The notes: a model not told the origin generated them from the sequence alone. A stretch of 64,000 bases of DNA from an uncultured Methylomirabilota bacterium (GCA_963845565.1 CAWJSJ010000005.1:704001-768000), one strand, 5' to 3'; shown: positions 12,101-20,892, numbered from the stretch's first letter. Made by a program: numbers and translations.

Positions 12101-12316
12101 GGGGTGGTCCCCCTCGTGATCGCCCGGGGCGCGGGCGCCGCCTCCCGCTGGTCGCTCGGCACGGCGGTCTTCGGCGGCATGCTCGCCGCCACCGCCCTCG
12201 GCGTCTTCATCATCCCGGTGCTCTTCGTGACGATCGAGCGGCTCCTCGCCCGGCTGCGGGGCCCGGCGGGGACACAGGCGGACGCGTCGGTCGGCGAAGT
12301 CCGGGAGAACCCATGA
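9155..12316 (+). CDS. RND efflux permease (AcrB/HAE1 family), copy 2, intact (1053 aa)
   Basis: Full-length ORF with the same HAE1 motifs; mosaic near-identity to copy 1. Confidence 0.95.
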   Translation: MAQFFLTHRVFAIVISLVITLAGVLSVFGLPISLYPQISPPVVRVETTYTGASAEVVEETVAVNIESQINGAEGMLYMSSKSSSDGRYVLDITFGLGRDADLAMVDVQNRLQQATAKLPQEVVSFGITVKKQSPDKLMVISLFSPDQSYDAVFLSNYASINLVDPITRVPGVGNLTIVGQRDYAMRLWLRPDKLAKLGLTADDITNVIKEQNVQAPAGQIGQPPAKAGVDFQYTVNVKGRLATSKEFEGMVVRTLPDGSILRIKDVARTELAAQDYNNIGRLNGVPATVLEVYQLPGANALQTADGVRKALERLATFFPPGLTYEISTDNTRFITASLEEVVHTFFEALLLVALVVFLFLGTVRATLIPMLAVPVSIIGTFAAFVPLGFSINTLTLFGLVLAIGIVVDDAIVVVEAVEHHIEQGRPPFEAAKHAMAEVAGPVVAIALVLCAVFVPVAFLGGITGQLYRQFALTLSISVLLSALVALTLTPALCVMILRPRTRMRGPVGAALRAFNAGFARLTAGYTTGVRWAIRGWPVTLAVLLGLAALAFGLLRTLPTGFVPDEDQGYFSVAFILADGSSMERADAVARRAEGFLRTVEGVQSVVTQTGRNILTDVYSSNNASLIVNLKPWEERRTQGTQLAAILDRARREFSTYPDALALVFTPPPIPGLGNAGGLQFEVQDRAGRGSRELDHTARQFLAAAAERPELSGLFTAFRTTVPQVKVDLDREKVKTLGIPVNTVFDSLQTYLGGLLVNDFNRFGRTWKVKVQAEPEFRLAPRNIQNIYVRTQTGSMVPLSTLATVKASVGPDMLQRYNLLRAAEVSGAAAPGYSSGQALQAMEEVAQATLPQGFGYEWTGTAFQEKAASGAQALIFGLALVLVFLCLAAQYESWGIPFGVLLGIPIGVAGAFLAVWLRGLTNDVYVQIGLVMLIGLAAKNAILIVEFAKEKHERDGLPLVEAALQGAQLRFRPILMTSLAFILGVVPLVIARGAGAASRWSLGTAVFGGMLAATALGVFIIPVLFVTIERLLARLRGPAGTQADASVGEVRENP

Positions 12317-12761
12317 AAAACGGCGCGCATTGCCCCGCTGGCCAAGATCGTCCCCCTCCCGCTGTGCGTCGTCGGTCCTGACTGGCACCGACCAGGGGCG
12401 GACGTCACTGACGCGTGCCGCGCTCTTCCAGAACGGCAGATGGGTCGGGCCTCGATCGGGCCCGAAAACCGACGTCATAACGCTATGCGACGAGACGCAA
12501 CCGCACGGGCCACAACGGCGGCGAACGGTGGGTTTCTCCGGAATCGAACGTGAGATGCCCCACCCCTCGAGACCGCTGGCGTGTCCCCTGTCGCAGCGTG
12601 GTACACACCGAGGCCGTCGCGATCTCCGTGGAAAAGCCGTGAGCGCTCCGGGGTCCTGAGGGGACCGGTGAGTCGAGACGGGGGCAGATAGGTTGGCCTG
12701 CGACGATCTTTCTTGAGCTGTGGAGCCGGAACCGCGAATTCCGCCATGGAGGTGGCAGTCG

Positions 12762-14894
12762 ATGAGTCGCCTTTCTCGCATCCGGATGCGTGTCACGGCA
12801 TGGCTTCTGATTCCGCTTCTCCTTCTTTCGATCGCTCTTCCGATTCCGGCGCGTGCGCAGAGTGGTGCGAGCGCCGCGGGGCCGAGCGATCCCGGTTGGC
12901 CTCGTCAGATCAAGGGCGGTACGAACACCATTACGATCTACACTCCCCAGGTGGACCGTTGGGACGGCACGCAGCTCGAGGCGCGCGCCGCGGTGTCCGT
13001 GGACCATCCGGCGTCGCCTCAGCAAGACTTCGGGGTCATCTGGATCAGCGCCCACACCCTCGTCGATCGCACCAATCGCCTTGTGTCGTGCGACAAGGTG
13101 GAGATTACCAAGGCGAGCTTCCCGGCTGCGCCCGAGAAAACGGATGCGTACCTGGAGATTCTGCGGAGCAATGTGCCGCGGGGCATCATGACGATCTCGC
13201 TCGATCGTCTGCAAACCAACCTGGCGGTCACCCAGGCGCAGCGTACGCAGCAGCACCCTCAGCCGGTCAAGAACGAGCCGCCTCGGATCATCTTCAGCAC
13301 GACACCGGCCCTGCTGGTGCTCGTGGACGGTGCCCCGGTGTTCCTCCGGCAGGTGGACGGCAGCAAGCTGGTCCGGGTCATCAACACATGGGCGCTGATT
13401 CTTGTCGATCAGGCAGATGGGAGGTTCTACCTGCGCGCGCTCGGCAAATGGATGGAGGCGAGGAGCGTCGAGGGCCCCTGGACACTCTCGACGAAGCCAT
13501 CCGCCGCCCTCGAGGCAGTCCGCCAGTCGCTCGCCAAGAACGACCAAGTGAACATGCTGGACGACCCGGCACTGAATTTGAAAGAGTCGGCAGCGCAGGG
13601 ACGCTACCCGACCGTCTACGTGAGCACGGTTCCGGCTGAGCTCTTGGAGACGATCGGCCAGCCCGCCTTCGAGCCGATCGATGGGACGGGGCTCTTCGAC
13701 GTGAAGAATACGTCGGCCCACCTGCTGCTGGACCCCCGAACGGCCGACTACTACGTCCTGATCTCCGGCCGCTGGTTTCGCACGAAGACGCTGGCGACCG
13801 GCCCGTGGGAGTATGTGGCTCCCGATGCGCTTCCCGCCGACTTCGCCAAGATCCCCGAGAATCATCCCAAGGGCGTCGTTCTGGCATCGGTGGCGGGGAC
13901 GCCGGAAGCCCAGGAGGCGATGATCGACAATAGCATCCCGCAGACTGCTCAGGTGGATCGGTCGAAGACGACCCTGGTCGGCAAGTACGATGGGCCGGCA
14001 CAGCTGCGGGCGATTGAAGGGACAACGCTGCACTACGTGGTGAACTCGCCGTTTCCGGTAATTCAGGTCGACGCCGGCATCTGGTATGCGCTCAAAGATG
14101 GGGTGTGGTTTTCGGCGATGACGGTAAACGGCCCCTGGGCAGTGGCTACTGCGGTCCCGGCCGTGATCTACACGATTCCGCCCAGTTCCCCGGTGCATTA
14201 TGTCACGTACGTCTACATCTACGATTACACGCCGCAGTACGTAACCATCGGCTACACACCCGGTTACTACGGGACGGTGGTGGCGCCCGGCAATGTGGTG
14301 GTTTACGGGACCGGGTACGTCTATCCGGTGTACGTGGGTGTGTATTGGTACCCCCCGCCTCCGACGTACGGTTATGGCGCGGGGTTCGCCTGGGGGGCCG
14401 CCACGGGGTTTGCCTTCGGGTTCGCCGCCGGGGCGATCTGGGGCGGTGCGTGGGGGCACTGCTGCTGGGGTGGGGGGCAGGTGAATATCACCAACAACAT
14501 CAACATCAATAACCACAACGTCTACAATAAATGGGACAAGAACCAGGTTCGGGCGGATTTCCAGAACCGCGCGAAAGACCTGACCCCCGCACAGCGACAG
14601 CAAGTGCAACAGCGAGGACAAGAGGCGCGGCAAACTGCGCAGGAACGCGGTATCACCCGCCCAGAGAGCCGGAGCAACGACGTGTTCGCCGGGCGGGACG
14701 GCAACACGTACCGGCGGGGAGCCGATGGAGGGTGGGACCGGAATACCGGCCAGGGGTGGGGCAGGACCGAGGAGGGCGAAGCCGCCGATCGGTTGAGCCA
14801 GGAACAGCGCGCCCGCAGCCTCGGTGACAGGCGGGAGCGATCGTTTGATCGTCAGGGGCGGGCCGGCGGCAGCCGCCCGATGCTTCGAAGATAG
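12762..14894 (+). CDS. Large secreted conserved hypothetical protein with a Tyr/Gly-rich segment and a low-complexity R/G/Q tail
   Basis: GGAGGT RBS at 12748, signal peptide ending ARA-Q, GWPR N-terminal motif, YTPGYYG and VVVYGTGY segments, WGHCCWG. Confidence 0.75.
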   Translation: MSRLSRIRMRVTAWLLIPLLLLSIALPIPARAQSGASAAGPSDPGWPRQIKGGTNTITIYTPQVDRWDGTQLEARAAVSVDHPASPQQDFGVIWISAHTLVDRTNRLVSCDKVEITKASFPAAPEKTDAYLEILRSNVPRGIMTISLDRLQTNLAVTQAQRTQQHPQPVKNEPPRIIFSTTPALLVLVDGAPVFLRQVDGSKLVRVINTWALILVDQADGRFYLRALGKWMEARSVEGPWTLSTKPSAALEAVRQSLAKNDQVNMLDDPALNLKESAAQGRYPTVYVSTVPAELLETIGQPAFEPIDGTGLFDVKNTSAHLLLDPRTADYYVLISGRWFRTKTLATGPWEYVAPDALPADFAKIPENHPKGVVLASVAGTPEAQEAMIDNSIPQTAQVDRSKTTLVGKYDGPAQLRAIEGTTLHYVVNSPFPVIQVDAGIWYALKDGVWFSAMTVNGPWAVATAVPAVIYTIPPSSPVHYVTYVYIYDYTPQYVTIGYTPGYYGTVVAPGNVVVYGTGYVYPVYVGVYWYPPPPTYGYGAGFAWGAATGFAFGFAAGAIWGGAWGHCCWGGGQVNITNNININNHNVYNKWDKNQVRADFQNRAKDLTPAQRQQVQQRGQEARQTAQERGITRPESRSNDVFAGRDGNTYRRGADGGWDRNTGQGWGRTEEGEAADRLSQEQRARSLGDRRERSFDRQGRAGGSRPMLRR

Positions 14895-14935
14895 CAGGCA
14901 CGCTTTGTCACGCTCTGCTCAACGGGGGGCCAGCC

Positions 14936-16619
14936 ATGACGCACGCCATCGCGAAGCTATTCCAGAGTTATCCGGAAATCGCCGTCTTTCTGGCGCTCGC
15001 TACAGGGTATGCTCTCGGCAAGCTCAAGATACGGGGCTTTGGGCTTGGCACAACGGCATCGGTGCTGCTGGTAGCTATGGTGTTGGGGCAGATCGAGATT
15101 GCGGTCCCGGCACTCCTGCAGAATCTCAGTTTTGCGCTTTTTGCTTTCTGCATCGGTTATCAAGTGGGGCCGCAGTTCTTCGGCTCGCTTCGCAAGGAGG
15201 GTCTCAATTACCTCTGGGTCTCGCTCGCCGTCGCGCTGGGCGGACTGGGGACGGCGATTCTACTGGGAAGACTGCTGGGCTTCGACCAGGGGACCACCGC
15301 AGGGCTGTTCGCCGGCGCAATGACGCAATCCGCCGTCATCGGAACGGCGCAGGGGGCCGTCGCGCAGCTCTCCCTCCCGGGCGCGGCCAAGGCCGCGCTG
15401 ACGAATAATATCGCGGTGGCCTACGCGATCACGTACGTCTTCGGAACGGTGGGAGTGATCCTGCTCTTCAAGCTGCTTCCGGGCATGTTGAGGCTCGACC
15501 TGAAAGCGGAGGCCCGCGCACTGGAGCAGCAGATGGGAGGCGTCGTGGGTTCGTCCAAGGCGCCCGGACTCTTTTCCTGGTCCCGGGCGGTTGGGCTACG
15601 CGCCCACCGGGCGACGCAGGTGGAGGCCGTCGGAAAACCCGTCCGACAGGTGGAGCGTCTTTTCCCGGAGCGGGTGACCATCGAGAAGATCAAAAGGCAG
15701 AGCGCTGTTTTCGCCCCCGGCCCCGACGCGGTGGTCGAGGCGCAGGACGTGTTGGTCCTGGCCGGCAATTACCGCGGCCTCCTCGTGGCCGCTGAACTCG
15801 TTGGGATGGAGGTGGACGCTTCGACTGTAACGGAGATGATCGGCGAGTCGCTCGATATCTGTGTGCTGAGTCCTGCCGTGATCGGGAGGACCTTGGGCGA
15901 GCTGGCAGAGAGCCCGGAGGCGCGCGGTCTCTTCCTGCGAAGAATCATTCGGCAAGGTCGGGAACTCCCCATGACCCTGGATACCGTCGTCAACAAGTGC
16001 GACATCTTCCAGATCGTGGGCGCCCAGAGCGATGTGGAGCGGGCGGCCCAAACACTTGGGATACGTCGAGCGGGCTGCGGCCGCCACGGACCTGGTTATG
16101 CTCGGAGCGGGGTGTGTGCTCGGGACTCTCGCTGGGATGGTCAGCGTGCCCATCGCCGGTATCCCCCTCACGCTGGGTGTGGGGGGAGGCGTCCTGATCG
16201 CCGGACTCGTGGTCGGATGGCTCCGCTCGATCCATCCGACCTTTGGGCAGATATCGGAAGGCGGTCAGTGGATCTTGAATGATCTCGGCCTCAACCTCTT
16301 CATTGCGTGCCTCGGCTTGACCTCAGGGAGACAGGCCGTGCAGGCCATGCAGAGCAACGGGCTCACCATCTTCCTGGCGGGTGTCGTGCTGGCACTGGTT
16401 CCCATTCTTGCAGGTGTTTGCTTCGGGAGGCTTGTTCTCAAGATGCACCCGATCCTGCTGCTCGGCGCGCTGACCGGCGCCCGGGTTATTCCTGCGGCGC
16501 TCACGGCTCTCGAGGAGGACGCCGAGAGCTCTATGCTGACCCTGGGTTTTGCCGCGCCTTTTGCGTTCGCCAACGTCTTTCTGACGATTTTCGGCAGCCT
16601 CATCGTCAATCTGATGTGA
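14936..16619 (+). CDS. AspT/YidE-family (AAE) amino-acid antiporter, copy 1; frameshift near 16059
   Basis: IGYQVGPQFF, AGAMTQSAVIGTA and AVAYAITY motifs, central TrkA-C-like region, C-terminal GALTGAR; joins ORFs 14936..16282 and 16032..16619. Confidence 0.88.
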
Positions 16620-16768
16620 GGCGGCGAAGCCGAGAGGACCGTCGTGTCCGCGGAGGATGCGATCCTTGCGGCAAGTCACGAGCGCGAACGGGATTGATCG
16701 GCGACGCGGGACTGACGATCTTGCACTGCGACAGCAACGCGATCGAAAGTGGCTGAGAGGAGGGCTCG

Positions 16769-18061
16769 ATGAATCTGTTCAAAGAGATTCTCGCACACGA
16801 GGTATTTCCGGCTATCGGCTGCACCGAACCGATCTCCTGCGCCTATGCCGCCGCTGCGGCCGCAGAGCAACTGCAAGCCCCCGTGGAGCGGATGGAGCTG
16901 ACGGTCGACCCCGGCACATACAAGAACGGGGCGGCGGTCACCATCCCGAACAGCGGAGGCCAGAAGGGCAACGCGATCGCCGCGGCCCTGGGTGCCGTGA
17001 TCGCGAAATCGGCGCTGCGTCTGGAGATCCTGAAGGAGGTCACGCCGGATGTTCTCAAGCAGGCGCAGGGGTTGGTCGGCAGGAACATTTTGACGTATCG
17101 GTGCAACGAGGGCGAGAAGGGTTTTCACGTCGAAGTGTCGGCGGAAGGCGGCGGGTCCCGCGTTCGCTGCATCGTGTCGGAAGGGCACACCAACATCACC
17201 TTTCTGGAGAAAGACGACCGATCCATCCTCGACACCCATCCCCACGCCGGCACCGAGACCGCCGGTTACCGCGACAGGATGCGGTCGATGAGGATGGAGG
17301 AGGTCCTCAGCGAGGTGGTCAGACTGGACGATGAGTCCCGCGCGTATATCCAACGCGGCATCGACATGAACCTGGCCATATCCGAGAAAGGCGTCGATCT
17401 GAAAAGGAATGCCTACCAGTTACAGCAGATGATGAGGCAGGGCTTGATGGCCGACGACCTGTTCTACCGCGTGAAGCAGCGAGTCGCCTCCGCTCTTGAC
17501 GCGCGCATGGGCGGCCTTGCGGAACCGGTGATGACGAGCGGCGGATCCGGAAACCAGGGCGTTCTCACCACGCTTCTGCCGTACCTCGTCGGTCGGAATC
17601 GAGCGGTCGAACTGCCCTGCATTCAGGAAAGCGTTGCGATCAGCCATGCGGTGAATTCCTACATCAAGTGCTTCACGGGAGAACTGTCGGTCATCTGCGG
17701 CTGCGCGATTGCCGCCAGTATCGCCGCGGCCACGGCCATCGTGTATCAGAACGTCGGCATCGACATGCAAAAGATCACTTTCGCCGTCGACAACATCGTC
17801 GCGGATCTCTCCGGGATCATCTGTGACGGGGCCAAGTCGGGTTGTTCCATGAAGATCGTGACCGGTGCGGATACGGCCATGCGTTCCGCATTCATGGCCC
17901 TGGCCGGTTACGGCGTCTCGACGGATGATGGGATCATCGGAGGCTCGGCGGAGGAATCGATCCGTAATCTGAGCAAGATATCCTTCGAAGGCATGGGTCT
18001 GGTGGATTCTACTGTGGTCCACATTCTTCAGAGCAAGACTCCTCGCCGGGGCCAGGCCTGA
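16769..18061 (+). CDS. CyuA/YhaM (UPF0597)-like Fe-S L-cysteine desulfidase / serine dehydratase alpha-like protein
   Basis: PAIGCTEP, GSGNQG, ICGC and GIICDGAKSGC motifs; 430 aa. Confidence 0.85.
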   Translation: MNLFKEILAHEVFPAIGCTEPISCAYAAAAAAEQLQAPVERMELTVDPGTYKNGAAVTIPNSGGQKGNAIAAALGAVIAKSALRLEILKEVTPDVLKQAQGLVGRNILTYRCNEGEKGFHVEVSAEGGGSRVRCIVSEGHTNITFLEKDDRSILDTHPHAGTETAGYRDRMRSMRMEEVLSEVVRLDDESRAYIQRGIDMNLAISEKGVDLKRNAYQLQQMMRQGLMADDLFYRVKQRVASALDARMGGLAEPVMTSGGSGNQGVLTTLLPYLVGRNRAVELPCIQESVAISHAVNSYIKCFTGELSVICGCAIAASIAAATAIVYQNVGIDMQKITFAVDNIVADLSGIICDGAKSGCSMKIVTGADTAMRSAFMALAGYGVSTDDGIIGGSAEESIRNLSKISFEGMGLVDSTVVHILQSKTPRRGQA

Positions 18062-18184
18062 CGAGAGGCGCGCGCAACCCCAACGGACGAGAATAACCCT
18101 TCGTGCGCCTTTGCGTCGGAGGGAATATGGCCGACACGGTCATGCCGATCGCGCAAGGAAACCTCGAAGTGCTCGACTTCCCGC

Positions 18185-18444
18185 GTGCCCGGCAGGACAC
18201 GACCGCAACAGTCTCGCGGAATGGCTTCACACCCGCGCAACGCTTTTTCCTGAGCTAAGCGGAGGCCTGGCGCTTCACGCTGCGGGAGGAGACCTTGCGC
18301 CAGGCTCCTGACGGACGAGCACGCACCCCCAAGTACCGCGTCCTGGGACCTCTGACCAACCTGCCGGAGTTCGCCGTCGCCTTCAAATGCAAGGCCGGCG
18401 ATACGATGGTGCGTCGGTCTGGAGATCGGCCGAACAACTGGTAG
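18185..18444 (+). pseudogene. Degenerate copy of the 3' end of an M13 peptidase gene
   Basis: Aligns by eye to ~3633-3893 (ttcctgagcta, ctcctgacggacgagcacgc, aacctgccggagttcgccg, gatcggccgaacaactggta); TAT to TAA stop plus indels. Confidence 0.85.
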
Positions 18445-18548
18445 GCCGCCTCCGCGTGAAATCATGCCGTGTATTGCGGCACCATCGCTGCAATTATCCA
18501 ACCCATGAAGATTGTCCATCGCATCCTGAGCGAGCAGCGTCTGAATAT

Positions 18549-18736
18549 GGGGGACGTCCATAAAAGTATAAAAGTCATTCCTTGTCGCCGTGAATTACGG
18601 GTAAGTGAGGGCCGTTCTCGCTCCAGATGAGACCACGTTTCCTCTTCGAGTCTGCAGTCCGTACGAGTTGCATCCCACCCGCGACCGTCGCCGATAAATA
18701 GTGCGGCAAACATTTATACTTTTATGGACGTCCCCC
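18549..18736. mobile_element. Non-autonomous element with perfect 24-bp terminal inverted repeats and a 140-bp spacer
   Basis: GGGGGACGTCCATAAAAGTATAAA (18549-18572) and its exact reverse complement (18713-18736). Confidence 0.75.
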
Positions 18737-18833
18737 TACATCTGAGAGGCTTCGAGATGGTCACCTGCGCCCCTGCGGACGATCCGCAGAGCACCAACGC
18801 TATCAGGACGGCGATTGCGTGACGGGATCGCAT
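18714..18833 (-). pseudogene. Signal-peptide stub ending inside the 24-bp inverted-repeat element
   Basis: GGAG RBS, MRSRHAIAVLIALVLCGSSAGAQVTISKPL, then runs into the repeat and stops (39 aa). Confidence 0.45.
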
Positions 18834-19305
18834 CCTATGCTCCAAGCGCAAGGGTGATGCTCGTGTTTGGCTTACCAGTCGATTGGACTCTCACGGATCC
18901 TGGCATTTGGACGCGTCGCGGGGTATCAGTTTGGGCACAAGACTCCCTACCACGGCCACGCCGATGCCCAGAAGGGTCTCTATCAGACGATTGTCCATAG
19001 GGCCTTCGTCCTATGTGTGGTCAAGATCCCCTTTGAGTCTTGCCCTCACGGAGCCCCGCATCTCGCAATGCATGGCCGACCAGGCCGGCTATGGCGCCCA
19101 AGTCCCATAGCTGGCCTGGCCGGCGGTTGACAGTTCGGAGGTATCCCCCACCGCATTTCGGGTACCGGCATCCCTATTGCGCCACGAGGAATTCTCCATT
19201 CGACGGGGGAGTCGTCGCTCGGCGAAGAAGGGGAGCGCGGCAAAAAACGCTAGAATGACGCATCCTTGCGAGGAGACGGACCGCTCGTCCAAACCCTGGT
19301 CGAGG

Positions 19306-19322
19306 CTGGCACACTTTGTGCT
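19306..19322 (+). promoter_or_regulatory. Putative sigma54 (-24/-12) promoter
   Basis: CTGGCACACTTTGTGCT: TGGCAC with exact GG-N10-GC spacing, ~130 bp upstream of the gene at 19454. Confidence 0.6.
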
Positions 19323-19453
19323 CTTTCCAGAAACCGACGACATCACCAAATGCTCCGGCCCCCCGGAACAGCGACAAGCGAAAGGGCAGCGTAGGGCTGC
19401 CGGGCCCCCGAAGGATTTGAGGGTCGTAACCGAATGAAGTAGGAGGGAGTCAC

Positions 19454-19873
19454 ATGAACAGGTTCATTGCAGTGTTCGCCGCAGTCCTCTTGACCGTCGC
19501 GGTAGTTGGCCCGGTGTTCGCCCAGGGGCAGCAGGCTCCGGCCGCCAAAGTCGAGCCCAAGGGCACCGAGGGCCCGGATGTGCGCAAGCAAGAGCCCAAG
19601 GGCACCGAGGGTCCGGATGTCCGGAAGGCCACCAAGAAGACCGCCGCCTCGCCGGCTCCGCCGAAGGTGCAGCCCAAGGGGACGGAAGGTCCGGGTGTCC
19701 GCAAGCAAGAGCCCAAGGGCACCGAGGGCCCGGATGTGAAGAAGTCCACCAAGAAGACCGCCAAGTCCCCCGCCCCGGCCGTCAAGGGCACCGAGGGCCC
19801 GGATGTGCGCAAGCAAGAGCCCAAGGGCACCGAGGGTCCGGACGTACGGAAGGCCCCCGAGAAGAAGTCCTAG
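19454..19873 (+). CDS. Small secreted repeat protein with six KGTEGP[D/G]V[R/K]K units
   Basis: AGGAGG RBS, Sec signal peptide (VFA-Q), 39-bp repeats arranged as three doublets with mostly synonymous variation, downstream terminator. Confidence 0.85.
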   Translation: MNRFIAVFAAVLLTVAVVGPVFAQGQQAPAAKVEPKGTEGPDVRKQEPKGTEGPDVRKATKKTAASPAPPKVQPKGTEGPGVRKQEPKGTEGPDVKKSTKKTAKSPAPAVKGTEGPDVRKQEPKGTEGPDVRKAPEKKS

Positions 19874-19892
19874 GTTTCCTCGTCTCTCATTG

Positions 19893-19931
19893 CCACGCGC
19901 CGGCTGGTTCGCCAACCGGCGCGTGGTGTTT
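19893..19931 (+). terminator. Intrinsic terminator
   Basis: CCACGCGCCGGCTGG-TTCG-CCAACCGGCGCGTGG stem followed by TGTTT. Confidence 0.65.
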
Positions 19932-20129
19932 ATACCCAGGCATGCCGGCGGTGTTGAGTCCATGGCCAACGCATCGCCTGCACTCTCTTCTTGGAGAAAC
20001 CCCGAGCGGCAGTGGCGTGTTTATGGTAGGCTTCACCTCCAATGGACGGTGACGACACAGCTGGGGTACTTGAAAAGACGCCATGTCTGAGATCTTCCCG
20101 CGAAGATCTCACCGGGAAGCGCCACGACG

Positions 20130-20762
20130 GTGTTCGTCGTCGACGACGACGAAAACGTTCGGAAGGCGTTGGCGCGCCTCATCCGCTCGGCCGGCATGAC
20201 GGCCCGAACGTTCCCGACTGCCGAAGCGTTCCTCGCGGAAGACCACGCGGTGCCGGCTTCCTGTCTCGTTCTGGATGTCCGCTTGCCGGGGTTGAACGGC
20301 CTTCAGCTCCAGGAGGCGCTCAATCGGAAAGGTTACCCGATCGCCATCGTCTTCATCACCGGTCACGGGGATGTGCCCACGAGCGTACGGGCCATGAAAG
20401 CCGGGGCGGTGGATTTCCTCCAGAAACCGTTTACGGGTCCCGAACTCCTCGACGCCGTCCGCCGCGCCGTCGGTCGCACGCGAGATGCGGTGGCGAAGCA
20501 GGCGGAAACCGCGGAGATTCAACGACGGTACGATACGCTGACGCCGCGGGAGCGAGAGGTCTTCTCGCTGGTGGTGACGGGCTTGTTGAACAAACAGGTG
20601 GCGGGGGAGCTGGGCGCCGCCGAGAAGACCATCAAGATCCATCGTGGACGGGTGATGGCGAAGATGCAAGCACCCTCGGTAGCCGACCTCGTCCGAATGG
20701 CCGGGCTATTGGGAATCCCCCCGCACACGCCCGCCCCTCGCGGCGCGCCTCGCGCCTCGTAA
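20130..20762 (+). CDS. FixJ/TodT/NodW-like response regulator (REC + LuxR HTH); true start may lie upstream
   Basis: VFVVDDD, LDVRLPG, FITGHGD, DFLQKP and LTPREREV...NKQVAGELG...TIKIHRGRVM motifs. Confidence 0.93.
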   Translation: MFVVDDDENVRKALARLIRSAGMTARTFPTAEAFLAEDHAVPASCLVLDVRLPGLNGLQLQEALNRKGYPIAIVFITGHGDVPTSVRAMKAGAVDFLQKPFTGPELLDAVRRAVGRTRDAVAKQAETAEIQRRYDTLTPREREVFSLVVTGLLNKQVAGELGAAEKTIKIHRGRVMAKMQAPSVADLVRMAGLLGIPPHTPAPRGAPRAS

Positions 20763-20874
20763 TTCCTTTCCTGCGAACGTTTTTTGGCGGATCGAGTAGA
20801 TGCCCTCGTCTTCCGTCATCTGAAGCGGCGAACCGGCCTGCCCGTCTGTCCCGCCGCGGCGACCGCCAAAACCA

Positions 20875-20892
20875 TATAGGACCAAGGTCCGA
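20875..20892. promoter_or_regulatory. Palindromic regulator box TATAGGACCAAGGTCCGA, copy 1
   Basis: Identical 18-mer at 33712; core GGACC-AA-GGTCC; followed by TTGTCG-N17-CAGATT. Confidence 0.6.

Noticed and set aside
5978..12316. Diversity-generating retroelement (template/variable repeat) explanation for the RND copies, given the Avd-like stub at 62310
   Set aside because: Differences are not adenine-specific, both copies are full-length genes, and no reverse transcriptase is present.
19345..19405. Cyclic-di-GMP-I riboswitch-like 3' half (CTCCGGCCC...GGGCAGCG..GGGCTGCCG)
   Set aside because: The GAAA-tetraloop stem and the GCAAA junction are missing, and the upstream GGCAC is better explained as a sigma54 -24 box. 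An Rfam scan would settle it.
19454..19873. CRISPR array or a firm graspetide (RiPP) call for the 39-bp repeats
   Set aside because: The repeats are in-frame coding sequence without unique spacers. No cas or ATP-grasp gene is in the window, and the Sec signal is unlike a RiPP leader.
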